Assembly: GCA_051648645.1 (NCBI GenBank)
Contig: JBOFFP010000001.1
Coordinates: 1-64,000, forward strand
DNA: 64,000 nt
Direction of reading: 5' to 3'
From: Candidatus Rhabdochlamydia sp.
GTDB taxonomy: Bacteria > Chlamydiota > Chlamydiia > Chlamydiales > Rhabdochlamydiaceae
Each line of letters begins with the position of its first letter. The first letter of the stretch is position 1. Of this stretch, positions 37,696 to 48,134 are shown piece after piece. The notes beneath the pieces were generated by a model that searched no databases, was not told the origin of the DNA, and saw only the letters and a list, made by a program, of their open reading frames with translations. Both the position numbers and the translations under genes were made by a program.

Positions 37696-38520
37696 TTGAC
37701 TAATTCCACAAATAGTATTAATTCTAATACCTATTACGAATATACATCTGCACCTGATGGATACGATTTAAATGCAGTTATTAAAAAAGTTAAAGATAGC
37801 TTTTCTAAAGGTAAAAAAGTAGCCGTTTTTATAGGTCGTACTCATTCAGAAGATCTACCTGAAGAAGCGGGGGTTGTTTGGTTTTCTTTGGATTTAAGAA
37901 ATCCTAAACCTTCAAAAGGAGAAGAAAGAAAAATGGATTTTCATCTTCACATAAATTTTGAAGATGAAGAAAAATTATCCAAAATAGAAAAATGTTTTGA
38001 TAAAGTAGTAGTGGATCGAGAAACTTATAAATTTTTTGTAGGATATTATAAAGAACCTGTTCCCAAAGATACATTTTTATTGGAAGGGAAATTTAAGGTA
38101 CCTAAAGAAAACTATAAAATTTCTAAAGGGTCTCGTGATATAGACATAAAAGAGTATCATGGGAAAATAACCAAAAAGCTCATCAATCTTTTGAATCAAA
38201 CAGGAGAAGAAGAACTCATTTGCGATTTTGCTCCTAGAAAAGAATTACGCGCAGGCAATTTAATATGTCGAGCAATCGGCTATTATGATGTGGAAAAGGT
38301 TAAAGAAGAGCATTCTTGGTATAAGCATATAGAAAACCTGGAAACACAAGTAATGCTGGAAGAAATATTTGAAGACGTATCTTATGTTATTGATAAACCT
38401 TTTCCTTATTATAACATAATTACTTGCCATTCTGGAGAACGCACATACTTTATTGCTAAAAATCTTAAAGCTCAGAAAAGCCTTCATTGGCGCATTTTAA
38501 AAGCGATCATGGATACTTAA
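37696..38520 (+). CDS. Hypothetical protein, possible Rossmann/methyltransferase-like fold
   Basis: 274 aa, TTG start with AAGGA RBS; S/T/N-rich N-terminus; VAVFIG, FSLD and FDKVVVD strand pattern. Confidence 0.65.
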   Translation: MTNSTNSINSNTYYEYTSAPDGYDLNAVIKKVKDSFSKGKKVAVFIGRTHSEDLPEEAGVVWFSLDLRNPKPSKGEERKMDFHLHINFEDEEKLSKIEKCFDKVVVDRETYKFFVGYYKEPVPKDTFLLEGKFKVPKENYKISKGSRDIDIKEYHGKITKKLINLLNQTGEEELICDFAPRKELRAGNLICRAIGYYDVEKVKEEHSWYKHIENLETQVMLEEIFEDVSYVIDKPFPYYNIITCHSGERTYFIAKNLKAQKSLHWRILKAIMDT

Positions 38521-38527
38521 AGCCGCT

Positions 38528-40564
38528 CTATTTTTCTAAACGCTCCCAAAATCGTAATTTCCTACACTGTATGATAAATTTCTCACAGTCTTTCAGAGTT
38601 TGTAATTTCAAGAATCCTTTATCCAAAACAGCTTTTGAGGTTATCTTTTTTAAAAGAGGTAGGCTTGATTGGGTATAGGCAATAAACTTTGCATGCTTGA
38701 TAGCATCATGTGTAAAACTGCATAGACTGCCTATTAGTTTTTCATCTGCTTGCGTGTGTAATAAAAATACAACGGCATCAAAAAAAACAGATCCATTATC
38801 AATGGTATGTTGTGCTTCTACTTTTATGCCTTCTTTTGTTTTTATGCCTCCTATTTTTGGCGCAATAATTTCCATTAAGGCCATTTCTTTTTGCACTGCT
38901 TTTTTTAATCCATTAAGTAGCCTAATCTCGATATTTTCTGTAACAACTACGCCTAATTTACGCCCTTTAAAGGTATTTGGGTTATTTGCCAATATGCTTA
39001 AAGAAGGAGCTTTTTTGAGGTTTTTGGTAGGAGAAATACAAACTGCAGCTTTAGGTAGGCTTAATCCAAGCAAATCAGCTGTGCTAACAGCTAATTTTTC
39101 GTCTATGTTAAGTAAATGAGAAACCATCCTAGTTCGAATAGGCAAAGAAGCTACTTTTCCCAATTCAAATACGAGGGCATCACGGATATGATTTTGTTCG
39201 ATTTTGGTTTGGCTGATATAAAATAACCTTGCTTGGCTATAGTGATCGGAAAAGCTTTCGGGTCGAGACCGTGTTTTTTCTCCATTTTCTTGTGCAGGAT
39301 AAGAGGTAAATCCTTTTGATTCTCTTGGACCTCCCCAAGAATTAGGTTCATAATTTGCACGCCCTGGAGGATTAGAAAATGCCATATGGCCATCTTGGTG
39401 AAAGTTATGGAACGGGCATTTTGGTGCATTAATGGGTAGATGTGCGAAATTAGGACTTCCTAAACGCTTTAATTGTGTATCAAGATAGGAAAAATTTCTC
39501 CCTTGAAGAAGAGGGTCATTGGTAAAATCAATGCCACGAACAATGTTTTGTGTACAGAAAGCAACTTGTTCGGTTTCAGCAAAAAAATTATCCACGCAGC
39601 GATTGAGTACTAAGCGGCCTACTTTTTGAACGGGGATCAATTCTTCTGGGATCAGTTTAGTCGCATCTAATACATCAAAATCAAACGTTTTGGCAAATTC
39701 TTCATCAAATAGTTGCAGTCCTAATTCCCATTCTGGAAAATGACCTGTTTTAATAGCAGTCCAAAGATCTCGACGATGAAAATCTGGATCAGCGCCGTTT
39801 AATTTAACAGCTTCATTCCAGGTAAATGATTGTATTCCTAGCTTAGGCTTCCAATGAAACTTAACAAAGGTTGATTTATTTTTAGCATTAATCAAACGAA
39901 AAGTATGCACGCCAAATCCTTCCATAAAGCAAAAAGAGCGAGGAATGGCTCTATCTGACATGACCCACATAATCATATGCATGGATTCTGGAGAAAGAGA
40001 GATAAAGTCCCAAAAATTATCATGCGCGGTTTGAGCTTGAGGAAACCCCCTATCGGGCTCTTGCTTAGCTGCATGAATTAAATCAGGAAATTTGATTGCA
40101 TCTTGAATAAAAAAGACGGGGATATTATTCCCAACGATATCCCAATTGCCTTCTTTTGTGTATAGCTTAACAGCAAAACCACGTACATCTCGTGCAAGAT
40201 CAGGTGAACCTTTATTTCCTACAACAGTAGAAAACCGTACAAATGCAGGAGTTTTTTCATGCTTTCGTTGAAATAAATCGGCACAGGTAATATCAGAAAG
40301 AGTTTGATATGTTTCAAAAAAACCATGAGCTCCAAAGCCGCGGGCATGTACCACTCGTTCAGGAATTCTTTCGTGGTCAAAATGAAAGATTTTTTCACGT
40401 AAGTGAAAATCTTCCAAAACGGAAGGTCCATGAGGACCGATGCGAAGCGTATTTTGATTATCCGCAATCGGAACTCCTTGAGCAGTAGTTAATGGAGGAT
40501 TTTTGCCTTCAGCTTGCTGATGGGTTTCTCCACCTTGACCAACTATAGTATCTTTTTTACGCAT
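38528..40564 (-). CDS. katE: Large-subunit monofunctional catalase (HPII type)
   Basis: [33 protein letters not shown], plus a C-terminal extra domain beginning GRKLGVVV. Confidence 0.95.
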   Translation of the reverse strand: MRKKDTIVGQGGETHQQAEGKNPPLTTAQGVPIADNQNTLRIGPHGPSVLEDFHLREKIFHFDHERIPERVVHARGFGAHGFFETYQTLSDITCADLFQRKHEKTPAFVRFSTVVGNKGSPDLARDVRGFAVKLYTKEGNWDIVGNNIPVFFIQDAIKFPDLIHAAKQEPDRGFPQAQTAHDNFWDFISLSPESMHMIMWVMSDRAIPRSFCFMEGFGVHTFRLINAKNKSTFVKFHWKPKLGIQSFTWNEAVKLNGADPDFHRRDLWTAIKTGHFPEWELGLQLFDEEFAKTFDFDVLDATKLIPEELIPVQKVGRLVLNRCVDNFFAETEQVAFCTQNIVRGIDFTNDPLLQGRNFSYLDTQLKRLGSPNFAHLPINAPKCPFHNFHQDGHMAFSNPPGRANYEPNSWGGPRESKGFTSYPAQENGEKTRSRPESFSDHYSQARLFYISQTKIEQNHIRDALVFELGKVASLPIRTRMVSHLLNIDEKLAVSTADLLGLSLPKAAVCISPTKNLKKAPSLSILANNPNTFKGRKLGVVVTENIEIRLLNGLKKAVQKEMALMEIIAPKIGGIKTKEGIKVEAQHTIDNGSVFFDAVVFLLHTQADEKLIGSLCSFTHDAIKHAKFIAYTQSSLPLLKKITSKAVLDKGFLKLQTLKDCEKFIIQCRKLRFWERLEK

Positions 40565-40664
40565 AAAAAAGGTCCTTGGTTTTTAACAAAAAAATATGGA
40601 TTGTAATTAGATAAATATTTTAGACTTGTTATACAAATTTTTAATTTGACCATCAATAGTTTAT

Positions 40665-41024
40665 ATGGGAGAAAAATGTTTTATGCAAACATCAGAAGTG
40701 CAAGCACAATCATATAATACCTTTTCTAGAGAAGAGATATTACAAGAAGGGATCTTAAATACATCAAATGGATCTCGCTTAGTTAACCGCCAAAACTATA
40801 GTCGATTTCAAAAACCTATATTAAAAGCCCTGCTTGGTTTTTCTGCTGCAAACTTAGCAATAGCAGGATCTATTGTAGGATATGCATCTTATGCTGAAAG
40901 CGAAGCAACAGGTTGGAGCATGCCTTTTTTTGCTAACTGTATTTTAGGTCTATTTGGCATGATCACAGTCAAAAATTTTCAGAGCATAACATCAGAAGAA
41001 CCTAGACCTCTAATAGAGGTATAG
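40665..41024 (+). CDS. Small membrane protein with two adjacent hydrophobic helices (Inc-like candidate)
   Basis: ILKALLGFSAANLAIAGSIVGYA and WSMPFFANCILGLFGMITV joined by a short loop; start may be ATG 40683. Confidence 0.6.
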   Translation: MGEKCFMQTSEVQAQSYNTFSREEILQEGILNTSNGSRLVNRQNYSRFQKPILKALLGFSAANLAIAGSIVGYASYAESEATGWSMPFFANCILGLFGMITVKNFQSITSEEPRPLIEV

Positions 41025-41026
41025 TT

Positions 41027-42592
41027 CTATTCTTCTGGGCGCATGATGGGAAAGAAAAGCACATCTCGAATAGAGATGGCTTTTGTTAGCAACATCACTA
41101 AGCGGTCAATCCCCATGCCCATTCCTCCAGCAGGTGGCATGCCTTGACAAATCGATTCTAGAAATTCTTCATCCAAAGGAGATGCTTCTTCGTCTCCTGC
41201 ATCGCGTTTTTCTGCTTGTTTTACCAAAAGTTCTCTTTGTAAAATTGGATCGTTAAGTTCTGTATAAGAATTGCAAAACTCTCCGCCTAAAATAAAGGTT
41301 TCAAACCTCTCAACAAAGCATTCTTTCTTTAATTTTGGATCACGGTGCAGCTTGCAAAGAGGAGTCGTTTCAATCGGATGATCTATGATGTGATGAGGCT
41401 GGATGAGATGTTCCTCTACAAGTTCCTCAAAAGCATGTGCAATTAAGGCTCCTTTGCTAGCTTTTTGTAATGCTTTTGGATCAAGATCCGTATTTTTTAT
41501 CAGATATTCCGAGAGCTCTTTTTTGCTCATTTGATCTACCTGTATTTTTGCATAAGTAAAAATGCTATCTTTCATCGAAAGGCGTTTCCAAGGAGCTTTT
41601 AGATCAATCGTTATCTCTTCTGTTTCTCTTTCAAAGGTCAACTTAGTGGTTCCAAATAATTTGAGTGCTAATTCTTCAAATAGATTTTCCACCAGCTGCA
41701 TCATGTCATTATAATCCCAATAAGCAGCATATGCTTCCAGTTCGGTAAATTCTGGATTATGAGTGCGATCGATCCCTTCATTGCGGAATACCTTTCCTAT
41801 TTCAAATACCTTCAACATGCCTCCTGCAATCAATTTTTTTAAGGGGATTTCCAAGGAAATTCTCAAAAACATTTCTTGATCCAGTGCGTGAAGATGGGTT
41901 ACGAAAGGCTTTGCAGCAGCTCCTCCATAAATATTTTGTAAAACAGGCGTTTCTACTTCCATAAAACCCAATCTATGAAAATAGGCACGTGTTAGCTCTA
42001 AAATACGAGAACGCAGGACAAAAGTATTAACTACATCAGGATTTGCAATTAAATCAAGCCAACGCTTGCGATAGCGTACACCTTTATCTACAAGTCCGCT
42101 ATGTTTGTCTGGAAGAGGAAGTAAGCTTTTGCAGAGTATTTCTACCTTATGGACAAAAAGGGTTAGTTCCCCTTTATGAGTATGAAATAAATGGCCTTCT
42201 ACGCCTAAAAAGTCTCCCAAGTCGATCTTTTTTTCCAAAAACTTTAATGAGCTAATTTCTCCACTAGGCTGAAAACCCTCTACGCAGGTTGTATTTTTAT
42301 TGAACATCACCTGAATGCGACCGGTTCCATCCTGCAGTTGAGCAAAAGCATTTTTCCCCATTCCGCGAAAAAGTACAAGCCTACCAGCTATAGAGGCTTT
42401 TTCCGTTTTTGCCAATTCTGCCTCTTCACTGCTACCAGCTTTTTTTTCTAGCCATTCTGTTTGCAATTGTTGAGCCGTATTGTCAGGAGAAAAAGAATGA
42501 GGATAGGGATCAATTCCTAGTTGCTGAATCTCTTCTAATTTACGCAGGCGATTTTGAAATTCTTCTTGTTGATAATAAGCTGGTTCTTGCAT
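41027..42592 (-). CDS. lysS: Lysine--tRNA ligase (class II)
   Basis: RYRKRWLDL, YGGAAAKPF, FRNEGID, HNPEFT, GMGIDRL. Confidence 0.98.
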   Translation of the reverse strand: MQEPAYYQQEEFQNRLRKLEEIQQLGIDPYPHSFSPDNTAQQLQTEWLEKKAGSSEEAELAKTEKASIAGRLVLFRGMGKNAFAQLQDGTGRIQVMFNKNTTCVEGFQPSGEISSLKFLEKKIDLGDFLGVEGHLFHTHKGELTLFVHKVEILCKSLLPLPDKHSGLVDKGVRYRKRWLDLIANPDVVNTFVLRSRILELTRAYFHRLGFMEVETPVLQNIYGGAAAKPFVTHLHALDQEMFLRISLEIPLKKLIAGGMLKVFEIGKVFRNEGIDRTHNPEFTELEAYAAYWDYNDMMQLVENLFEELALKLFGTTKLTFERETEEITIDLKAPWKRLSMKDSIFTYAKIQVDQMSKKELSEYLIKNTDLDPKALQKASKGALIAHAFEELVEEHLIQPHHIIDHPIETTPLCKLHRDPKLKKECFVERFETFILGGEFCNSYTELNDPILQRELLVKQAEKRDAGDEEASPLDEEFLESICQGMPPAGGMGMGIDRLVMLLTKAISIRDVLFFPIMRPEE

Positions 42593-42719
42593 AGGTCGTT
42601 CTCTTTAAAATTTCCCGTTATTTTAGAGAGTTTCCTATAAAAACTGCAAGCAGAGATGCGAGTAGCTATTAAAAGACCTGTTAGCAGAATATAAATGGCG
42701 TGACACTTTTAATAGATTT

Positions 42720-44948
42720 CTAAAAAAAAGTAGATAGGGGATCAATATCAATAGAGAGCTTGATCTCTTTATGTTGCTGTAGTTGATGTAATTGAGGCAG
42801 TATGAAGGTGAGCTTTTTAGCTTTAATAAGAAATTGATAACGGAACATGTCTTTGATTTTAGCATGGCCAGAAGCGATGAGAGGTAGAACTTCACAAGTA
42901 TCTATCAGTTTGTTTTTTAAGTCTTTTCGGATCCTTTCTGCATATTCTATAACTTGGGACTCTCTTTTTCCGCTAAATAATAATTTTGCAAGTCTGGTAA
43001 AAGGAGGATAGCAAAAAAGCTGACGGGTTTGTATTTCTTGAGCAAAAAAACCTTCAAAATTTTGTTGTTGGGCTAAAGAAAGAATAGCATGTTCTGGAAG
43101 TAGGGTTTGAATAAGTACTTCTCCTAGAAGAGCACCCCTTCCTGAGCGGCCCGCTACTTGAGTAAGTAATTGGAAGGTCGTTTCGCTAGCTCGGAAATCA
43201 GGAATTTGTAAATTGCTATCAGCCATAAGAACGCCTACTAATGTCACTAAAGGAAAATCCAATCCTTTTGCAATCATTTGTGTTCCGATTAATACATCTG
43301 CTTTACCTGTACGAAATTGTTTTAACAAGAGCTCGTGGCTTCCTTTATGGCGAGTTGTATCTTTATCAATGCGTAAGGTGCGTGCTTCTGGTAGAAGAGC
43401 TTTTAAAGAGCGTTCTACTAGCTCCGTACCTACGCCTTTGAATTTGAGTTGTCCTTCTGCATGGCATTTAGGACAAGACTTAGGTGCAGGAAAAAGACGA
43501 AAATCACATAGGTGGCAGCTAAGTTGGTTTTCTTTTAAATGAAAGGTCAATGAAATATCGCAATGAGGACAACTTATAATGTATGAGCAGCTTAAACACA
43601 GTTGTGAGGTGTGGTAACCTCTTCGGTTTAGAAAGAGAAGCACTTGTTCTCCACGTGCTATCTTCTGTTTCATTTTCTCAATCAGTATTTCAGAAAATAG
43701 AGTAAACCCCTTGTTTTTTTGATATTGTGGACCCATGTCGACTATTTGTACTTGTGGCAAAGTAGCTTTGTCTGCCCGTTTGGATAAAGTATTTAAATGA
43801 TATTTACCTGAAAAGGTATTTTGATAACTTTCTAGACTAGGAGTTGCACTGCCTAAAATAATCGTGGCTTGATTGAGCTTAGCTCTCATTACGGCTATGT
43901 CACGTGCATGGTATCTAGGAGAATCTTCTGTTTGTTTATAGGAGCCCTCATGTTCTTCATCGACAATGATCAAACCCAGCTGACAAGTAGGGCTAAATAC
44001 AGCAGACCTAGCTCCAATGGTAATAGGAGTGATATTAGCTGCAATATTATGCCAAGCATCTCTTTTTTCTCCTACAGAGAGTCGATAATGTAAGATAGCT
44101 AATTTTTGCAGAAATCTACTTCTTAGCCTTTCAATGGTTTGAGAGGTTAGAGCTATTTCAGGAACGAGAAAAATGATGCCTTTTCCTTGTTCGAGGGCAT
44201 GTTGAATAGCTTGTAGATATACTTCTGTTTTCCCACTTCCTGTTACCCCGTGCAATAAATGCGTATGAAACTGGTTTGCATCTAAACTTTGCTTTATGGA
44301 TTCAAGCGCTTGTGTTTGTTCCGGATTTAGTGGTTTGGGTTTAGTCATAAAAAATTCCCACTCTAATAATGTAGAGCGATCAATGGTGATCGGGGAGCAA
44401 CTTAAGACGTTTTTTTTAATCAGGGTTTCAATGGGGCTACGAGAAACATTTGCTTTTTCCATCAGTTCACTAAGCAATAACCCTTTAGGAGCCTGTAAAA
44501 GAATCGATACTACTTCAGCTTGTGCATGAGAAGTAAAACGTAGTTTTTCGCATAGCTCTTTTAATTTTGTCTTATCAAGAAGGGGTTTTATAAATAGCTG
44601 TTGTTTGGCTCCTGCATCTTTGCGAATGCTAGGTGGTAGGATGATTTGCAAGACCTTGCGTAAAGGACAGCAATAATAGCGTGCCATCCATTTAGCAAGA
44701 TCTACTAGATCTTTGGGTAAAATAGGAGTGTCTAAAAGCTCGATCACTTCACGTAGTTTTTTTGCTGGAGAAGTTTGCTTGATCTCAATCACTGTAGCCA
44801 ATCTAATAGAACCCTGTAGAGGAACTTTTACGCGAGAGCCTACATAAACATGACCTGCAAATTTCGAACAGATTTTATAGTCAAGAGTCATATTGATGGC
44901 TTGATCTAAAATTACGGAGACGATACTGCCGGAGTTAAGGTCTGACAT
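42720..44948 (-). CDS. priA: Primosomal protein N'
   Basis: GVTGSGKTEVY, VPEIALT, DEEH, SATPS, four CxxC pairs, GTQMIAKG, QVAGRSGR. Confidence 0.97.
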   Translation of the reverse strand: MSDLNSGSIVSVILDQAINMTLDYKICSKFAGHVYVGSRVKVPLQGSIRLATVIEIKQTSPAKKLREVIELLDTPILPKDLVDLAKWMARYYCCPLRKVLQIILPPSIRKDAGAKQQLFIKPLLDKTKLKELCEKLRFTSHAQAEVVSILLQAPKGLLLSELMEKANVSRSPIETLIKKNVLSCSPITIDRSTLLEWEFFMTKPKPLNPEQTQALESIKQSLDANQFHTHLLHGVTGSGKTEVYLQAIQHALEQGKGIIFLVPEIALTSQTIERLRSRFLQKLAILHYRLSVGEKRDAWHNIAANITPITIGARSAVFSPTCQLGLIIVDEEHEGSYKQTEDSPRYHARDIAVMRAKLNQATIILGSATPSLESYQNTFSGKYHLNTLSKRADKATLPQVQIVDMGPQYQKNKGFTLFSEILIEKMKQKIARGEQVLLFLNRRGYHTSQLCLSCSYIISCPHCDISLTFHLKENQLSCHLCDFRLFPAPKSCPKCHAEGQLKFKGVGTELVERSLKALLPEARTLRIDKDTTRHKGSHELLLKQFRTGKADVLIGTQMIAKGLDFPLVTLVGVLMADSNLQIPDFRASETTFQLLTQVAGRSGRGALLGEVLIQTLLPEHAILSLAQQQNFEGFFAQEIQTRQLFCYPPFTRLAKLLFSGKRESQVIEYAERIRKDLKNKLIDTCEVLPLIASGHAKIKDMFRYQFLIKAKKLTFILPQLHQLQQHKEIKLSIDIDPLSTFF

Positions 44949-45592
44949 AGAGATTTCCAGAGAGCGGTTTTTTGATCAGGCTGTTTGTATGTTTCCAATG
45001 ACTTAAGAATGAGAAGAGGAGTTGGTGCTAATTTATGATACTGCATCAGATCCGTATATTTCTGTGATGCTTCTGTGATGATAACCAATTTAAAATTATT
45101 TTTTTCAAAAAAAGATTCCCAGAGGTTTTCTTTTTCTAGCTTGATCCCAGAAATCAGCTTAGTAGTAGATAAACGATCATGGATGGCTCTTGCAAGATCT
45201 TTTAAAAAGAGGAGTTCTTCATTGGAAGATGGACCAGTAATGATGATAACTTCTGTTTGTTCATTCCAAGCATTAGCCGCTTTTTGTGCCTTGAAATCAT
45301 CGGGTACGGTATCGAGTAGCTTCATGTTAGGAGCAATCTTTTTTAAGATAGATCGAATAGAAGGCCAGCGATCAAGGAAAATTGGTTTTACAAAAGGCTT
45401 TGCCTTTACCTGTTGTACTTGAGGCAAAGATTTTATTTCTGAGATGATGGGTTGCTTAGGGGTAGGAGGATTAAAAAATCTATGATCTTCTGGTGAAACG
45501 CGCGACATAGAGCAAGAGGTTTCTTTGAGCAAACAAGTGGTTTGTTGAATAAGATCCAACAATTCTTTTTGTAGGGTATTTTGCGTAAACAT
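44912..45592 (-). CDS. Conserved chlamydial hypothetical protein upstream of priA
   Basis: 226 aa overlapping the priA start; ends with a KTALWKSL motif. Confidence 0.7.
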   Translation of the reverse strand: MFTQNTLQKELLDLIQQTTCLLKETSCSMSRVSPEDHRFFNPPTPKQPIISEIKSLPQVQQVKAKPFVKPIFLDRWPSIRSILKKIAPNMKLLDTVPDDFKAQKAANAWNEQTEVIIITGPSSNEELLFLKDLARAIHDRLSTTKLISGIKLEKENLWESFFEKNNFKLVIITEASQKYTDLMQYHKLAPTPLLILKSLETYKQPDQKTALWKSLCQTLTPAVSSP

Positions 45593-45781
45593 ATCTCTTC
45601 TTTTATCTTTATGTTACATGAAGTCTTAGATTGTTTACAGGTTTTTAGTTCTTGAAAACAAAGAGCATTTGATAAATTTTCCTGCTTAAATCTAGATCTT
45701 TGCTGTTTCTTAAAATTCATTTATTACTAAATAAGATTCATGTTAGCTTACGCGAAATAATTTTTCCTCGGTGGTAAAACT

Positions 45782-46831
45782 ATGAGCATCCAATGGCAGA
45801 ATCAATTTTTTTCCGGATTTGTGCAGGAACCTTACATAGATTTTCATGAGAAAATAACCAACGTTTTTCAGTCTAAATATAATCAGTTAAAAGTTAACGA
45901 ATTAAAAACTCATTCTTCAGAATTTAAACTAATAGATAAAGCCATACAAGGGATTTCAAAAACTGATTTTAATGCGCAAGATGCACTGCAAATCTTTAAT
46001 GCTACAATAGCAGGTTACAAGAAAGCAATCGATCCACTTCCTTTCGTATCTTGCTTACAAGACTTACAAGAATTAGAGAGACAGTTAGAGGATCATTCTC
46101 TGGAACAGTTGTGGGAAGCTTTATGGTTTGATGCTCTGTTAGATGTTGTTGATGAACCTCAAGCAGAGACAATAGAACAAAAAAGAGAATGGTTTAAAAA
46201 CAAAGAAAACCAGGATTTATTAGGTAAGATAACGCATTTATCGTTTAAAAACTGCGATATTGTTCATCTACCTAAAGAGGTTTTTAAGTTGCGCAACTTA
46301 AGAAAATTGGATCTTAGTCTAAACTTAATTGAAGTTTTACCTGAATCAATCAAAGTGTGGAGGAGACTGAAAAAATTAAATCTCTGCTATAATGATTTAA
46401 CTTATTTACCCCATAATGGAGTTAAACATTTAAAAAAAATAAAAAATTTAAATGTAAGTGCTAATAAGCTTGCTAGTTTACCTCGAGCAATCGGACGCCT
46501 TAAAAACTTAAAAAACCTAAACGCTGAGGAGAATTATTTAGAAGAACTTCCAAAAGAGATATGCCGATGCACCTTTTTGGAAAATCTTAACGTATCAAGC
46601 AACAATTTATCAATTTTACCTGAGGGAATTAAGCATTTGGTTGCTCTTATAAAATTTTCTGCTGCAGATAATGAATTAAGGTACTCATCCAAAGAGCTTC
46701 AAACGCTTGAATTGCATAATTGGAAACAAATAAAAAAAGTAGACCTTTCTCAGAATGATCTGAATACAACAACAGAGTTTCTTCGAACCTTGTGGCCCAA
46801 TGCAACTACTATTAAGCATAGTAATTTTTAA
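45782..46831 (+). CDS. Leucine-rich repeat protein (no F-box)
   Basis: About 8 LxxLxLxxNxL repeats of ~23 aa; paralog of the downstream gene. Confidence 0.92.
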   Translation: MSIQWQNQFFSGFVQEPYIDFHEKITNVFQSKYNQLKVNELKTHSSEFKLIDKAIQGISKTDFNAQDALQIFNATIAGYKKAIDPLPFVSCLQDLQELERQLEDHSLEQLWEALWFDALLDVVDEPQAETIEQKREWFKNKENQDLLGKITHLSFKNCDIVHLPKEVFKLRNLRKLDLSLNLIEVLPESIKVWRRLKKLNLCYNDLTYLPHNGVKHLKKIKNLNVSANKLASLPRAIGRLKNLKNLNAEENYLEELPKEICRCTFLENLNVSSNNLSILPEGIKHLVALIKFSAADNELRYSSKELQTLELHNWKQIKKVDLSQNDLNTTTEFLRTLWPNATTIKHSNF

Positions 46832-47039
46832 GAAAGGGAACAAACCCAAATATTAAAAAAAATAATAATTTTTTTTATTTTCAAATAAATAAAACTCATG
46901 TTAGCTTTTTGTGAATAAATTTTTTTATAACAAGCTTATGGAATTGCAAGAGTAATTCCATTCAGTTAGAGCATAAAAATGCAAACAAACGCTCATTTAA
47001 ATCTTGAAGTAGATCTTACTTTTTAAATTAGGTAATCAT

Positions 47040-48104
47040 GTGAACTTAACGGCCATCAATTCTTTGCCAAAAGAAATTTTCTTTGAAATTTTTTCTTCGA
47101 TAAAACCAAATAATTTGCTTACGAATAGATCTGTTTGCAAGGAATGGAATGAGAATGTTGCTGCATTTTTTTGTAATAGACTTAATCAAATAAAATCTTA
47201 TACATCAGAATTTGAATTTATCAATAGATCCATTCAGCAGCTTCCATCAAACGAAGATCTTTGTTCATTTAATGTTATAAAAGTTTTAAAAAACTATAAT
47301 CAAACATTAAAGGATTATAGAAAGATTGTAAATTTTCCTATCATTGCTTGTGTAGAAGAAGTAGAGAAGTTAGAACAAAAGATACAAGATCATGCTCTGC
47401 AGCAGCTATGGGATGCCTTATGGTTCGATTCTTTGCCAGGTATCGCCGTTGAGCCTGAATTAGGAACAATAGCTCAAAAAAGAGAATGGCTTGAAGATGA
47501 ACGAAATCAGCCTTTATTAAATAGTGTGACTCATTTAGAGCTTAGAGATCGTCAAATTGTTCGGTTGCCAAGAGAGATTTTTAAATTACCTAACTTAGAA
47601 GAATTAGATCTTAGTGAGAATTTAATTGAGGTTTTGCCTGAATCGATCAAAATGTGGACAAAGCTTGAATACTTAGATCTATTCGATAATAAACTCACCT
47701 ATTTACCCCATAATGGAATTAAGCATCTAGTAAGATTAAAAAAATTAAATATAAGTTCAAATCTACTTACGAAGTTGCCTAGATCAATTGGATATTGTAG
47801 TAATTTAGAAAAAATAGATCTGAGAGCAAATTTTTTTAAAAGACTTCCCTCCGATATTGGCAAATGCACTTCTCTAAAAAGCCTTAAAGCATCAGAAAAT
47901 CAAATAAAAAAGTTGCCTATAGAAATTAAGAACTTAACTTCTCTTGTACAATTTTATGCCGCTGACAATGAACTAAGCGTTTTACCTGAAGGGTTGAGCT
48001 CTTGGAAGCGAATACGAAAAATAAACATATCTAATAACCTTTTGGAGATAACACAGGACCAGGCTAGGCGACTATGGCCAAGAGCATCTGTTATTAATTT
48101 ATGA
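47040..48104 (+). CDS. F-box + leucine-rich repeat protein
   Basis: N-terminal INSLPKEIFFEIFSSI...LLTNRSVCKEWN F-box pattern; about 8 LRRs. Confidence 0.9.
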   Translation: MNLTAINSLPKEIFFEIFSSIKPNNLLTNRSVCKEWNENVAAFFCNRLNQIKSYTSEFEFINRSIQQLPSNEDLCSFNVIKVLKNYNQTLKDYRKIVNFPIIACVEEVEKLEQKIQDHALQQLWDALWFDSLPGIAVEPELGTIAQKREWLEDERNQPLLNSVTHLELRDRQIVRLPREIFKLPNLEELDLSENLIEVLPESIKMWTKLEYLDLFDNKLTYLPHNGIKHLVRLKKLNISSNLLTKLPRSIGYCSNLEKIDLRANFFKRLPSDIGKCTSLKSLKASENQIKKLPIEIKNLTSLVQFYAADNELSVLPEGLSSWKRIRKINISNNLLEITQDQARRLWPRASVINL

Positions 48105-48134
48105 TGAAAGAAGATAGGCCATAGGTTATCTTCT

